From: a virus
Lineage: Duplodnaviria > Heunggongvirae > Uroviricota > Caudoviricetes
IMG/VR virus record: IMGVR_UViG_2711768040_000017
Direction: 5' to 3' (one strand)
Length of the DNA stretch: 19,081 bases
The notes below the pieces were generated by a model. It searched no databases. It saw only the letters and a list, made by a program, of their open reading frames with translations, and had not been told where the DNA came from. This document shows, in pieces, positions 1 through 9,501 of the stretch (positions are counted from its first letter, which is position 1; each line of letters begins with the position of its first letter). A program made the position numbers and the translations under genes.

Positions 1-2667
1 TCAGCTGATACTGATGCCTGCGGTGGCTTTCTTCATCACCACAACCAGCAAATCGCTGATACTTGCTGTGGGATACCAGTCATTTACCAGCCATGCTGAC
101 ACCGAAAACTCCAGCGTCATGTGGCCGTGACCAGCTGGCATATCAATAACACCACTGTAAATCAGCGTATTATCCAGCGCGGTACGGTTATAAATTTCAG
201 CACCATTTTTCTTCACTATCAGGCGGCATGAGGAGTAAATATCAGTATGCTCTCTCTCATGTTTAGCACCGCTGAATGCCACCGCCGGAATAACAATCTG
301 CCGGTCAAACGGCTGATCGTCATAAATCCTGACGGTAATGGTCCCTGATGGCCACCGCTCCGGTGCCCGGGAGTCCCGCGGGAAAGCCTTACCCACTGTT
401 TTGACAATATCGCCTTCAATCTGGTTGGCTGACAGTTTCCCTTTAATCTGACAGTTCTCATTTATCGTAACGTTGTTGAGCGTCCCGGCGTTCGCATTCA
501 CACTGCCACTGATATCTGCATTTTTAGCGGTCAGCTTTCCGTCCGGTGTCATGGAAAATGCAGGAGGATTACCGCCGCTGGTAATGGTGGGAGCCGTCAG
601 ATATTTCAGGAACACTTCATTCATGAATATCTGATCACCCTGACCAACAAACATCGGTTTTGTGTTGCCATTTGCAGGATTAATCATCGCAATCCTGTCT
701 GCCGCCAGCAGCACCTGACTCTGCATGCCGTCGGGGGTGTTCTCAATACCGGCACCGATACCCGCGATATAAAGGCGTCCGTCCTGCATCTGCTGCAGCT
801 TCACAGCCCACATGCTGTTCAGATTATTATTTGTATCAACCTGAACCTTCTGTATCTGCTGGATCGCTGCACTCTGGTCTTCCAGTTTCTTATTGACGGT
901 CTGTGTGATTTCATTGCTGACATCCGTAATGGACGTCCTGATTTCAGCCAGGTCAGGCGCAAGCTGACCGTTATCAATCTGCGTCCACAGCTCCTGAGCC
1001 AGATGGGTTTTCCCTATCTCGCCTTTGAAAAAATCCAGATAGCCGGATGCGTCATCACTCGGCTGACCAACAGCCTCCACGAATGCCGATTTGCCAACGG
1101 TGTTCACACTGCGAACGTAAAAATAATAATTATGGCCCGGCCTGATATTGATACTGGCGGCTATCCAGTACAGCGCCGTACCAAGATAGCGGGCTGTGGT
1201 TTCAACCTGCCTGATATCCGCAATCCGCTTTTCCGAGAACCAGAACTCAAACTGTACCGTCGGGTCATAAACGGCAAGATGCGGCGTGGCGGTTATCTGA
1301 AAATAGCCCGGCGTCAGCTCAAGCCGCGACGGCACTGCAGGTGCGGCAATCCGGAACGATACCGATGCCGGATCGCCCTGCTGCCCCCACGCATTTACCG
1401 CCCGGACTGTCAGCCTGTAGTTCCCTGGCGCCAGCTGCGTGAAGCGGTATGTGGTTTCCGTCGTCCGGGCCGTGCTGACCAGCCGCTCACTGCCGTCATC
1501 CGCTGCCACGGTCAGGCGAAGCAGGAAGCTCACGCCCTTCACCACCTTCGGCGTGTCCCAGCGCGCCAGCACCTGATATTCCCCGCTGTCTGCGGTGACT
1601 TCGGCGGTCAGGTGCTGCACCGCTGGCGGCGTGACACCATTCACCGTGCCGCTCTGGTCGCCGTCAAAGTGCGCCCCGTTATCCACGATGGCTTCTTTTT
1701 CCGGTACATGCTGCACGGCAGTGATGGCATACGTGCCGTCATCGTTCTCACGGATACTCACACAGCGGAACAGGCGCTGGCGCAGCGTCGGCAGCTTCAG
1801 CCCCCACACACTGTATTCTGCAACGCCGTCAGGAACCCGGTTCACTTTCACCTTAAGTCCGTCGGTGACGGACTGAACCTCCACGCTGACCGGATTACCA
1901 CTTCCGTCAACCAGGCTTATCAGCGTGGTACCGGAGGATGGCAGCGTGATTTCACGGTCGAGCGTCAGCGTCCGGGTCTGGCTGTTCACCGCCAGCACGC
2001 GACCACCGGTGCTGATACCGGCATAGTCATCATCGCAGATTTCAATGACATCCCCCGGTACATGGCGAAGCCCTTCCGCACCCACGCTGAAGTCCACGGT
2101 CTGCGTCTCCAGCAGTTCCGTTTTAATCAGCCACAGCCCGGCGCGGTGTGCCTGCCCCCGGCTGGTACAGCCAAAGGCATCCATCTTCGTGACATTACGA
2201 CCGTAACGGGCAATGGCCTGCGTATCTTCAACAAGCTCTGTCGCCGTCTCCCAGCCGTTGTCCGGGTCAATCCAGTTCACCTCAACGGCATTATGGCGGT
2301 CCTTCAGGGCGCTGAAGCTGTAGCGGAACGGCGCGCCATCATCCGGCATCACCACATTACTGCGGTTATAGGTGATATGTTCTGTCGCTGACCACGTTCG
2401 ACACACCACTCTGATTTTTCTGTTAATACCCGGCGGGCGCCAAAAAAAAGATTTATAGCCTTCATGCCGGGCTAAAAATTTTTCAAATGAATCACGTTCA
2501 TTCGCCTCAACTTTGAAATCACAGGTGAAAACGCGCAGAGAATGATTAAGTCCATTTGGACTTCGTTGCTCATAACCATCGCCAAATCTTACAGTTTTTA
2601 TCGATGGTTTATTTTCTGTTTTCATTCCATCCTCTGGTAACCAGTGAAATTCTTCCGTATTAGCCAC
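1..2667 (-). CDS. J: Chimeric tail-tip ORF: gpM-like N-terminus (~95 aa) fused in frame to the C-terminal ~790 aa of host-specificity protein J (central tail fibre). Probable GTG start overlapping the tape-measure stop.
   Basis: N-terminus ([31 protein letters not shown]) parallels lambda gpM motif for motif. From ..[37 protein letters not shown].. onward it is near-identical, as recalled, to lambda gpJ up to a diverged C-terminal receptor-binding end. Stop codon at 1-3. Confidence 0.8.
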
Positions 2668-5600
2668 TTAACATTCCCCCATCACGTCGCATATTTAACA
2701 GATTGCCCTGCACCCGCTGATCAACCATCCCCATAAGTGCTTTTATTGCCTGAGGGCCAATCTCTCCATTCTGGCCGTCATTTTGAATAGTGATTTGGTA
2801 TACGGGGGCATAGGTAATATCTCCGCCTCCATTACCACTTTTACTATTAATAGCTCTGACACCAAGAGAACCATCGGAAGTTCGTGTTAATGGCATAATG
2901 GCTTCCGGTCCAGCCTCACCAAAAACACCAGCCCCTTTTGCAAAAGCAAAAAATTGCGGGGAATCATAAATACCGTTCGAATACGTGCTCAATGACGGAG
3001 ACTCATAAACACCGCCCTTTGCATTCGGAATAAATTTACTAATAGCACTCCCGATAGTTCCTAAAATCCCCCCAGAAGAACTGTTACTAATGCTGTCGAA
3101 AATCCCAGTAATTGAAGCCTTTAATGCTATTCGACTAAGATCCGAAATCACGGAAGTAGCGAAAGAACGAAAATTTGCCTTGCCTGTCGTGACAAAATCA
3201 CCCAGCGCATCGGTCATCCCATCAAACATCTGAGTCGTGGTTGATTTTATCTGCTCACTGATATCCTTAGTGTCATCCAGCCAGTTATTGAATCCCTGGG
3301 AGGCACCACTAACCCAGTCTCCTGCCTGAATATCGAGCTGCTCGTTTTTCTGTCTGACAATTTCTTTTTCCCGTTCCAGAGCATCATTCAGAGCCTGCAT
3401 TTTCTCTTGAAAAACATGATCTGACATTCCACGGGATTTATCTGCATAGTCACGTTCAAGTTGCAGACGCTGATTGTTATATCCATGTTCAATCCGCAGT
3501 AATTCCTGCTGGCGTTGCTGATTTTTATCGCCAACCCCATAACCAGCAATCTGAATATCATACCCCTGCTGACGATTATCAATCGAAGCCTGCAATGAAT
3601 CACGCCATGCTGTTATTTCGGCGGATTCCTTGATTAGCCTGTTATTTTTTTCAATCGCAACATTTTTCTCCATCAACGTGGTTATTTCTTCCCGGTGTAA
3701 GAGAAGCGATTTCTGATCCTGGGTTAATTTCGATGATGGTCGTGACTCTAGGTCGGCAATCCGCTGACGCCACTTAACCAGTTCCTGTTCAGAGGAACTT
3801 AATTTAACGGTCAACTCAACTTGTGAACTTAGTAACGCATTCTGTTGATTCAGATGATCAATCATTCGTTGGGCTGCATCATCAGAATAATCTTTCGCCT
3901 TTGGTTGCTTTGGATCTTTATAACGCTCATTTATTTGAGCGATAAGATTATTATATTCTTCCTTTGAATACTGATTCTTTAGCTTTTCCAGTTTTGCAAG
4001 TTCACTAGCTCTCTGCTGCTCCCGGGTCTGATATTGTTTTGAAAAGGCATCTGCTCTCTGTCTGAGTTCAATTCCTTCCTGTTGTCGCTTGTTGTAATCG
4101 TTTATTGATGAATTTAGTACGTCCTGAGCAATTTTTTCTGCTTGAAGTACGCCCAATTGCTGCTTTAATCGTGCCAGCCTTTTATTTTGAGCTCCGCCAT
4201 CTCCAATGCCACCTAACCCGAAAACTCCGGATCGGGTATTTTTTTCTATTTCATCAATTTGACGGAGAACATCTGAGATTTTTTGATCAAGGGAGGCCTC
4301 ACGGCCAATATCCAGCATGGAATCCCATGCCCATTTTGCGGAGTCTGCGACAGCTTTCCATGCAGTCTCAAGATAACCAAGATTTTCTTTAATCTGGTTG
4401 GTGCGCTGGATCATTGAGGATGAGTATTCTTCTGTCGCAATGCGGGCGGCCTCCTGCTGGTTCCCTTCATCCTGTAGCGCCTTAATCTGGTTATAAGTCG
4501 CAAGTGTCAGAAAATGGTACTGATCATTAAGTTTTGATATGGCACTGACAGGATCCTTTGCAATTTCATTGAAGTCATTAACCAGTTGTTCGGTTGATAT
4601 TCCTGTTACTTCGCTCGTTTTTACTATCGCTGTCGTCACTTGCTCCAGCGAACTGCTCGCTACCTTTCCCGAACGCACAAGCTGATTTAATACTGCCGCC
4701 GCAGCACCAGTTGTCGAATCAGCCGCATTCCCGGCACGTTGAGCTAAATCGCCCAATTGCCCGCTGGTTGTCCCCAACTGATTTCCGGTAAGAATAAGAG
4801 ATTTATTAAATTCGTCCTGCTCCTGAGAGCCTTTATAGTAAGCCAGTCCTAAGACCCCAACGGCTGCTGCGGCCAGGGTAAAAGGATTAATTAATCCCAG
4901 CACATAAGAACCTACCCCTTTGATCGCCGGGCCAATCCCACCGAACATATCTTTTAGCTGGCCGCCCTGCTGCATTAACACCATAAATGGCGACTGACCA
5001 GTGGACAACCCAACAACAATATCCGTCATTTGTGCAGGCAACATGCGCATAGCAAAAGCCGTTTGTTTTGCCGACATTCCGGTTTTGCTTAATTGTGATT
5101 GAGTAACCTCAAGCTCACTCCGCATAGCACGAAGTTTTCCAGAAAGCTCCTCATACATTTCAGGAGAAAGCATCCCCTTAGCTTTTGCTTCATTGAGCTG
5201 TTTCTGTTGTTCTACCAGACGATTAAAAGCAGTTCCGACAGGATCAAGTTGAGCAATCAGACGTTGCAAAGCAACAACCTGTTCATCATGCGCTTTTGCT
5301 GCTTCTCGCTCTGCCTGAGCCTCTCCGGTAAGCTCTCGCCGTGTTTCCTGTATTTTTCGGCTATAATTCTCAAACTGAGAACCATTTATTTTCCCGGATG
5401 CAAACGCAGCATTAAGTTCATCATGCTGTTGTTCAAGATTTCTTAGCGCCGCAGCCAGAGGGTCGATCTTGTCCAGCATTCTTTGAAAGGCCTGAGCCTG
5501 CGCTTCCTGCTGGGCGGCAGCAAGTTTTCCGGCCTTCTCGGCTTCTCTCTGCGCTTGCGCAACCCCGCTCAATTCCTCTGTGGTTTCATTAAGTTTACGG

Positions 5601-5893
5601 ACAAGAAATTCATATTCTTCTTTATCAATAAGCCCTTTATCGAAAAATTTCTTTAATTCAGAATAGCGTCGACCGACAGTATCAATTGCGGCACCAACTG
5701 GATCAATAGCTGCTTTTAATTTTGCGAGCGCGTTCTTCTCATCTTCTGTTGCCTTAGTCACTTTCCCTGCGCTATTTGCAGCAGTTTCCCCAGCCTGCGT
5801 CATTTTGACTAATGAGGAGGTCAGATTGTCAGCATTATTTTTCGCTCCAGTGCTATCAATAATTATTGCGAGACGCGAGGTTTGCTCTGCCAT
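2660..5893 (-). CDS. Tail tape measure protein (gpH-like), 1077 aa
   Basis: Long coiled-coil-rich N-terminal half with three tandem ~75-aa repeats, a hydrophobic/Gly-rich central segment, and a position directly downstream of the G/GT chaperone pair and upstream of the M/J tail-tip gene. AGGAG Shine-Dalgarno 8-9 nt before the ATG. Confidence 0.9.
5083..5710 (-). repeat. Three diverged tandem coding repeats (~225 bp each) inside the tape measure gene
   Basis: Protein repeats [12 protein letters not shown].., [19 protein letters not shown].., [19 protein letters not shown].. each followed by ..AQAxREAxKA. The DNA shows the repeated ggatcaa/gggtcga cores. Coordinates approximate. Confidence 0.5.
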
Positions 5894-5904
5894 TTATTAA
5901 AACT

Positions 5905-5938
5905 CCTGACAACAAAAAACCCACCGCGAAGTGGGTTT
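5905..5938 (-). terminator. Intrinsic-terminator-like hairpin in the 165-bp gap between the GT chaperone stop and the tape-measure start
   Basis: Minus strand reads aaacccac-ttcgcg-gtgggtttttt-gttgtc: 8-bp stem, 6-nt loop, T-rich tail, immediately upstream of the tape-measure RBS. Confidence 0.4.
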
Positions 5939-6058
5939 CAGGCGACATAATAGTAGATATAGCGATTACGAGGCCACGCAATGCTTTTCTCCAGGAGCAT
6001 CATCGATTTAATTAAAGACACCATCACATCTCTGTAACAGAGTGTACGTAATTAACAA

Positions 6059-6379
6059 CTACACACACTGCTCCTGAAAATACTGGTCATCCAGTGCAAA
6101 GATCACTGCTTCAAATTCATCGCGCTCAATCAATACCGGATGAGTGGCTAAATATTCATTTATCTCTGTCAGAGATAAAGGCAAAGGCACCCCAGCCATT
6201 CCAGCATAACGTCGGGCACGGGATATTACCGAATAGGCGTACAACAACTCCTTAAGCACCGGGTCTATTTCTGGTTCCGGTATCGGTGGCAACCTGAGTT
6301 TTTCTCGCTTCCATCTTGCCTTTTCCCCCCTTTCTCCCCCGAACTCCGATAACCACCGCTGGGCAGCTATGGCTTTTTT
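6059..6379 (-). CDS. T portion of tail assembly chaperone GT, reached by -1 frameshift from G; not independently initiated
   Basis: After slipping at aaaaaag, the -1 frame (gcc ata gct gcc cag cgg ...) runs uninterrupted into the 77-aa ORF frame (ttg cca ccg ata ccg = LPPIPEPEID) and ends 165 bp upstream of the tape measure gene. Confidence 0.55.
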   Translation of the reverse strand, partial: KKAIAAQRWLSEFGGERGEKARWKREKLRLPPIPEPEIDPVLKELLYAYSVISRARRYAGMAGVPLPLSLTEINEYLATHPVLIERDEFEAVIFALDDQYFQEQCV

Positions 6380-6801
6380 ATCGTATCCTGCTTCTGCTGC
6401 TCTTTACCCTGGGCGATGCTGGCTGCTTCTGCAAGGATCTGCCAGTACAACTCTGGATTCTGCTTAAGCAGCGCGATCCCTCGTTCTGCCGTATATTCCA
6501 GTGCAACCTCAACACCATTAACCAGTTCACCAACCCCTTTCCAGTCTTTCAGCAGATAACGAGCGGCATTATCAATGAGTAAATCATCAACAGAATCCAC
6601 CTCGGAAACCTTTGAAATATCAAACTCCTTCGTTCCGACGTGCAAACTGGCATCCATTTTCTCAATGTGGCGACGGATTAATGCATTACGGGAGCGATAC
6701 TGATCGTTATCGCTGCTTGCCACCAACAGTTTTAACCCGTCTATCCAGACTGCATGAGCAATTGATTCATCACGCAGCCGTTCATTCACGGTTTGCATCA
6801 T
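6367..6801 (-). CDS. Tail assembly chaperone (gpG-like), 144 aa
   Basis: Acidic small protein immediately upstream of the tape measure gene; its last codons (ata aaa aag cca tag) contain a canonical slippery heptamer. MMQ start, ATG at 6799-6801. Confidence 0.55.
   Translation of the reverse strand: MMQTVNERLRDESIAHAVWIDGLKLLVASSDNDQYRSRNALIRRHIEKMDASLHVGTKEFDISKVSEVDSVDDLLIDNAARYLLKDWKGVGELVNGVEVALEYTAERGIALLKQNPELYWQILAEAASIAQGKEQQKQDTIKKP
6373..6379 (-). other. Programmed -1 ribosomal frameshift slippery heptamer A_AAA_AAG (G to GT)
   Basis: Plus-strand ctttttt at 6373-6379 is aaaaaag on the minus strand, two codons before the G stop; the -1 frame is open for ~100 further codons. Confidence 0.55.
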
Positions 6802-8188
6802 TGATTTCCATCAACATTACACTCTGATTTTTTAATTCATCGATCACATCCTCTGGACGGGAATCCTGATCGATAAATTTCAACGCCTGCAACACCCGAA
6901 CCGCATCAATCTGACGTATATCACCGCCCTGACGCAATGACTGAACAGCCAGCGCGGAGGATGAGTCAAACACCTGGGCAGATACATCCAGTTCAGTGCG
7001 CACATCCACATTGCCACCGCAACTCTCTCCGCTCCATTCCGCCATTATCTGGAGAATATTATCGAGGGCATCTTCGAGGGAGTTCGCCATTGTATAAAGC
7101 GGCGAGTGTTCCTGCATCCGCTCTTCATTAGTCTGATCAACAGATTTGGTGGATGTATTTTCAGCCCGCAGAAGTTTAGCGCCGGCATGACGCATCTGAT
7201 TTTCCAGCTTCTCAAGTGATGTTTCGCCAGATTCTATCGCTGCGCCACTATGTTCAACATATTCGAGGCCATTTTTTGTTCTGTCCTCAAAAATCGTAGC
7301 CGTGGATGCACCAACCGTCAGTTCTTCATTCCTGTCCAGCCCGTAGGCCACCAGCAATGGAACGCGGGCAACATGAAGAATATTGTCCTGCTCGCTCTGG
7401 CTTTGCCAGTGCTTGATATTCAGCAAGCCAAGATTAAGCAATGGCGGTGTACCACGCATAAACCCTGTTTTCTTCGTATACAGTGTTACCAGAGGAATAT
7501 CATCACGGCTGGTATTCCATGACTCATGAAGCATCCAGACAGATTCGCCATTAGTACCTTCGCTGCGTCGATAAATTTCTACTCGACGGGGCATAATATG
7601 GCGGATCTGCTCCACCTTCTTCTGCCCGAAATCATCACCATCAATAATGATGACCTCTTTTATACGCAAATCAGTGAGAACAACTTTCCCTTTTTCAACT
7701 TTCGATTTCCATCCAATAACCTGGCGTGGATTCAGCATCGTAACGTACGGGCGACCACCGGCCGCGTTTTCATCGGCTTTTGTCCGAATCTCGTTCATAT
7801 CCGTTCGTGGATAGTCCACCAGCGCATGTGCCACACCATACTGAAATGCGAGACTGAAAAATTGCTGCGCCCACACATCCAGTCGGCTCCCCTCCATGTC
7901 GATATTTTCTGCATATTCCCTGATTTTTTCCGGCGTTTCCTCACTCAATACTGTCGGCTCTGCAAATATGCGCCCAATATTTTGTTTGATGCTTTCTTCA
8001 TACACAGGAAGTAACGTAGCCACAGACAGGCGTTTTTTATAAGCGTCTTCATCTTCATTAGGCCATTTGGGGAGATAATTTTCCCCCTGCCTGCGCATTT
8101 CAAGCGTACCGCCCATCAATGCGTCGTTAATATCCCACGCCTCCAGCATATCGTTATAGTCGAGGTTGGGTGTTGATATATCAGCCAT
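6782..8188 (-). CDS. Putative portal protein (468 aa), possibly C-terminally altered
   Basis: Starts 4 nt inside the end of the terminase large subunit gene (coupled), with portal-typical size and position. No specific motif recognised by eye. Its last 6 codons overlap the G chaperone start. Confidence 0.45.
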   Translation of the reverse strand: MADISTPNLDYNDMLEAWDINDALMGGTLEMRRQGENYLPKWPNEDEDAYKKRLSVATLLPVYEESIKQNIGRIFAEPTVLSEETPEKIREYAENIDMEGSRLDVWAQQFFSLAFQYGVAHALVDYPRTDMNEIRTKADENAAGGRPYVTMLNPRQVIGWKSKVEKGKVVLTDLRIKEVIIIDGDDFGQKKVEQIRHIMPRRVEIYRRSEGTNGESVWMLHESWNTSRDDIPLVTLYTKKTGFMRGTPPLLNLGLLNIKHWQSQSEQDNILHVARVPLLVAYGLDRNEELTVGASTATIFEDRTKNGLEYVEHSGAAIESGETSLEKLENQMRHAGAKLLRAENTSTKSVDQTNEERMQEHSPLYTMANSLEDALDNILQIMAEWSGESCGGNVDVRTELDVSAQVFDSSSALAVQSLRQGGDIRQIDAVRVLQALKFIDQDSRPEDVIDELKNQSVMLMEINDANRE

Positions 8189-8190
8189 AA

Positions 8191-9501
8191 TTAAATCCGA
8201 AGTGATGTGACTCTTCCGGTCGGTTTGACAATAGGGAATTGCTTAACGATGAAATAACCTCCGGCATCATTCGGGTGATCATTGCCAGATTTTTTATCAG
8301 GCTCCCCCTTATCATCCCAGACCTGTTGCTCCAGAGATTCGGCATATACCGGACAACGCTTCACATTAACTTTATAGCGACGCTCACCATTGGCATTGCA
8401 GAACATTGCATTCATTGAGTTAACGCGATCTTTTACTGGCGGGTTCGAGCTGTTCACCACAACGTTAAAACCTGCCTGCTTAAGCTGGGCTATATCCGTC
8501 GTACTTGCGTTACTTGATTTTCTGGAATCTCCGGAAGCATCTGGATAAATATAAATCTCCCTCACTTTCCGGTAATCATGCCCGTCATACAGCCAGAAGC
8601 GTTCTTTAATGAGGCGGATCATATCCGGCGTATCGTAGGCATTGATGATTTCAGTTACCGCACATGGAAGCCCCAAACGCAGCACATGGACGATTCCCGC
8701 CATCTTTCCAACGTTAAAATCCATCCCAATATAAATCGGCTCCCCTGGCTGCTCCACTTCTTCGCAATTATTCAGTTTCCGGTCAAACTGATGGTAAACA
8801 GTACCACTTGTCAGGTTAGTAAACCGTCCTAGAAGATAGGCTTTAATCAGCTCTGGAGGGTATGATTCAAGAAGTGAAGGAATGTAATCTGCTGGCAGGT
8901 TCTTTTCATTATCGAAAGTAGATGCCTGCACCAGACCATACAGTGAGGCCAGCTCTGTTTTTTCACGCACGGCTTTAACAAACTGCTCGTAGACAAATTT
9001 GAATCCTTCCGGCGTGGTTGTAACGTCAATACCGTTGCGAAGTCCATCAATCTTATAACGCATACGCGCAATTATCTTGCGCCACGCCGTTCTGGCTTTT
9101 TCCTTCGGCAAAATGTCCAGTTCATCCACCAGCGCATTACCAATTTTGAAACCGACGATCGTTTGTGGCTTCTCCATCGATCTGCAGATAGTGGTTCCCC
9201 GATACTGGCGTCCGTAATAAAAGTGAACCTCTTTATTTCCCTCATTAATTTTTACGTTCAATCCCCAGTCAGCAGCAACTTCTTCCACTGTAGGGTAAAA
9301 AATATCGCGAATTTGGGGATACGTTGGCGCAAAATATCCCTGATTTATACCTGGATGCTCCCAAATCCCCTTGCATATGCCGCCACACCCAACCCATGTT
9401 TTGCCCGAGCCAAAACCAGCAATATAGGCTTTAAATTTATGGGGCATTGAAAGAAATCGCGCCTGAGGCACATTAAGCGTCGGAGAGATCATCTTCATCA
9501 C
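8191..9501 (-). CDS. Terminase large subunit (436 aa)
   Basis: Walker A P-loop YIAGFGSGKTWVG near the N-terminus, acidic nuclease-type C-terminal half, and position between the small subunit and portal. Confidence 0.85.
   Translation of the reverse strand: MMKMISPTLNVPQARFLSMPHKFKAYIAGFGSGKTWVGCGGICKGIWEHPGINQGYFAPTYPQIRDIFYPTVEEVAADWGLNVKINEGNKEVHFYYGRQYRGTTICRSMEKPQTIVGFKIGNALVDELDILPKEKARTAWRKIIARMRYKIDGLRNGIDVTTTPEGFKFVYEQFVKAVREKTELASLYGLVQASTFDNEKNLPADYIPSLLESYPPELIKAYLLGRFTNLTSGTVYHQFDRKLNNCEEVEQPGEPIYIGMDFNVGKMAGIVHVLRLGLPCAVTEIINAYDTPDMIRLIKERFWLYDGHDYRKVREIYIYPDASGDSRKSSNASTTDIAQLKQAGFNVVVNSSNPPVKDRVNSMNAMFCNANGERRYKVNVKRCPVYAESLEQQVWDDKGEPDKKSGNDHPNDAGGYFIVKQFPIVKPTGRVTSLRI

Noticed and set aside
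219-461. 80-aa minus-strand ORF nested in the J gene
   Set aside because: Alternative frame inside a strongly supported gene; no independent support.
1003-2391. 462-aa plus-strand ORF, plus the nested 93-aa ORF at 1595-1876
   Set aside because: Lies entirely antisense to the well-supported J coding region and is Arg/Pro/Cys-rich with low-complexity composition typical of antisense frames in GC-rich genes; no start context or recognisable domain.
3388-5446. Several 65-115-aa ORFs on both strands within the tape measure gene (3388-3603, 4105-4392, 4594-4791, 5099-5446)
   Set aside because: All overlap the tape measure coding sequence in other frames or antisense; composition consistent with chance ORFs.
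6316-6582. 88-aa plus-strand ORF across the G/GT frameshift region
   Set aside because: Antisense to the chaperone gene; the region is better explained by the slippery site and the -1 frame on the minus strand.
6937-8014. Plus-strand ORFs of 64-162 aa inside the portal-like gene
   Set aside because: Antisense to a long ORF that is translationally coupled to terminase; no ribosome-binding sites noted.
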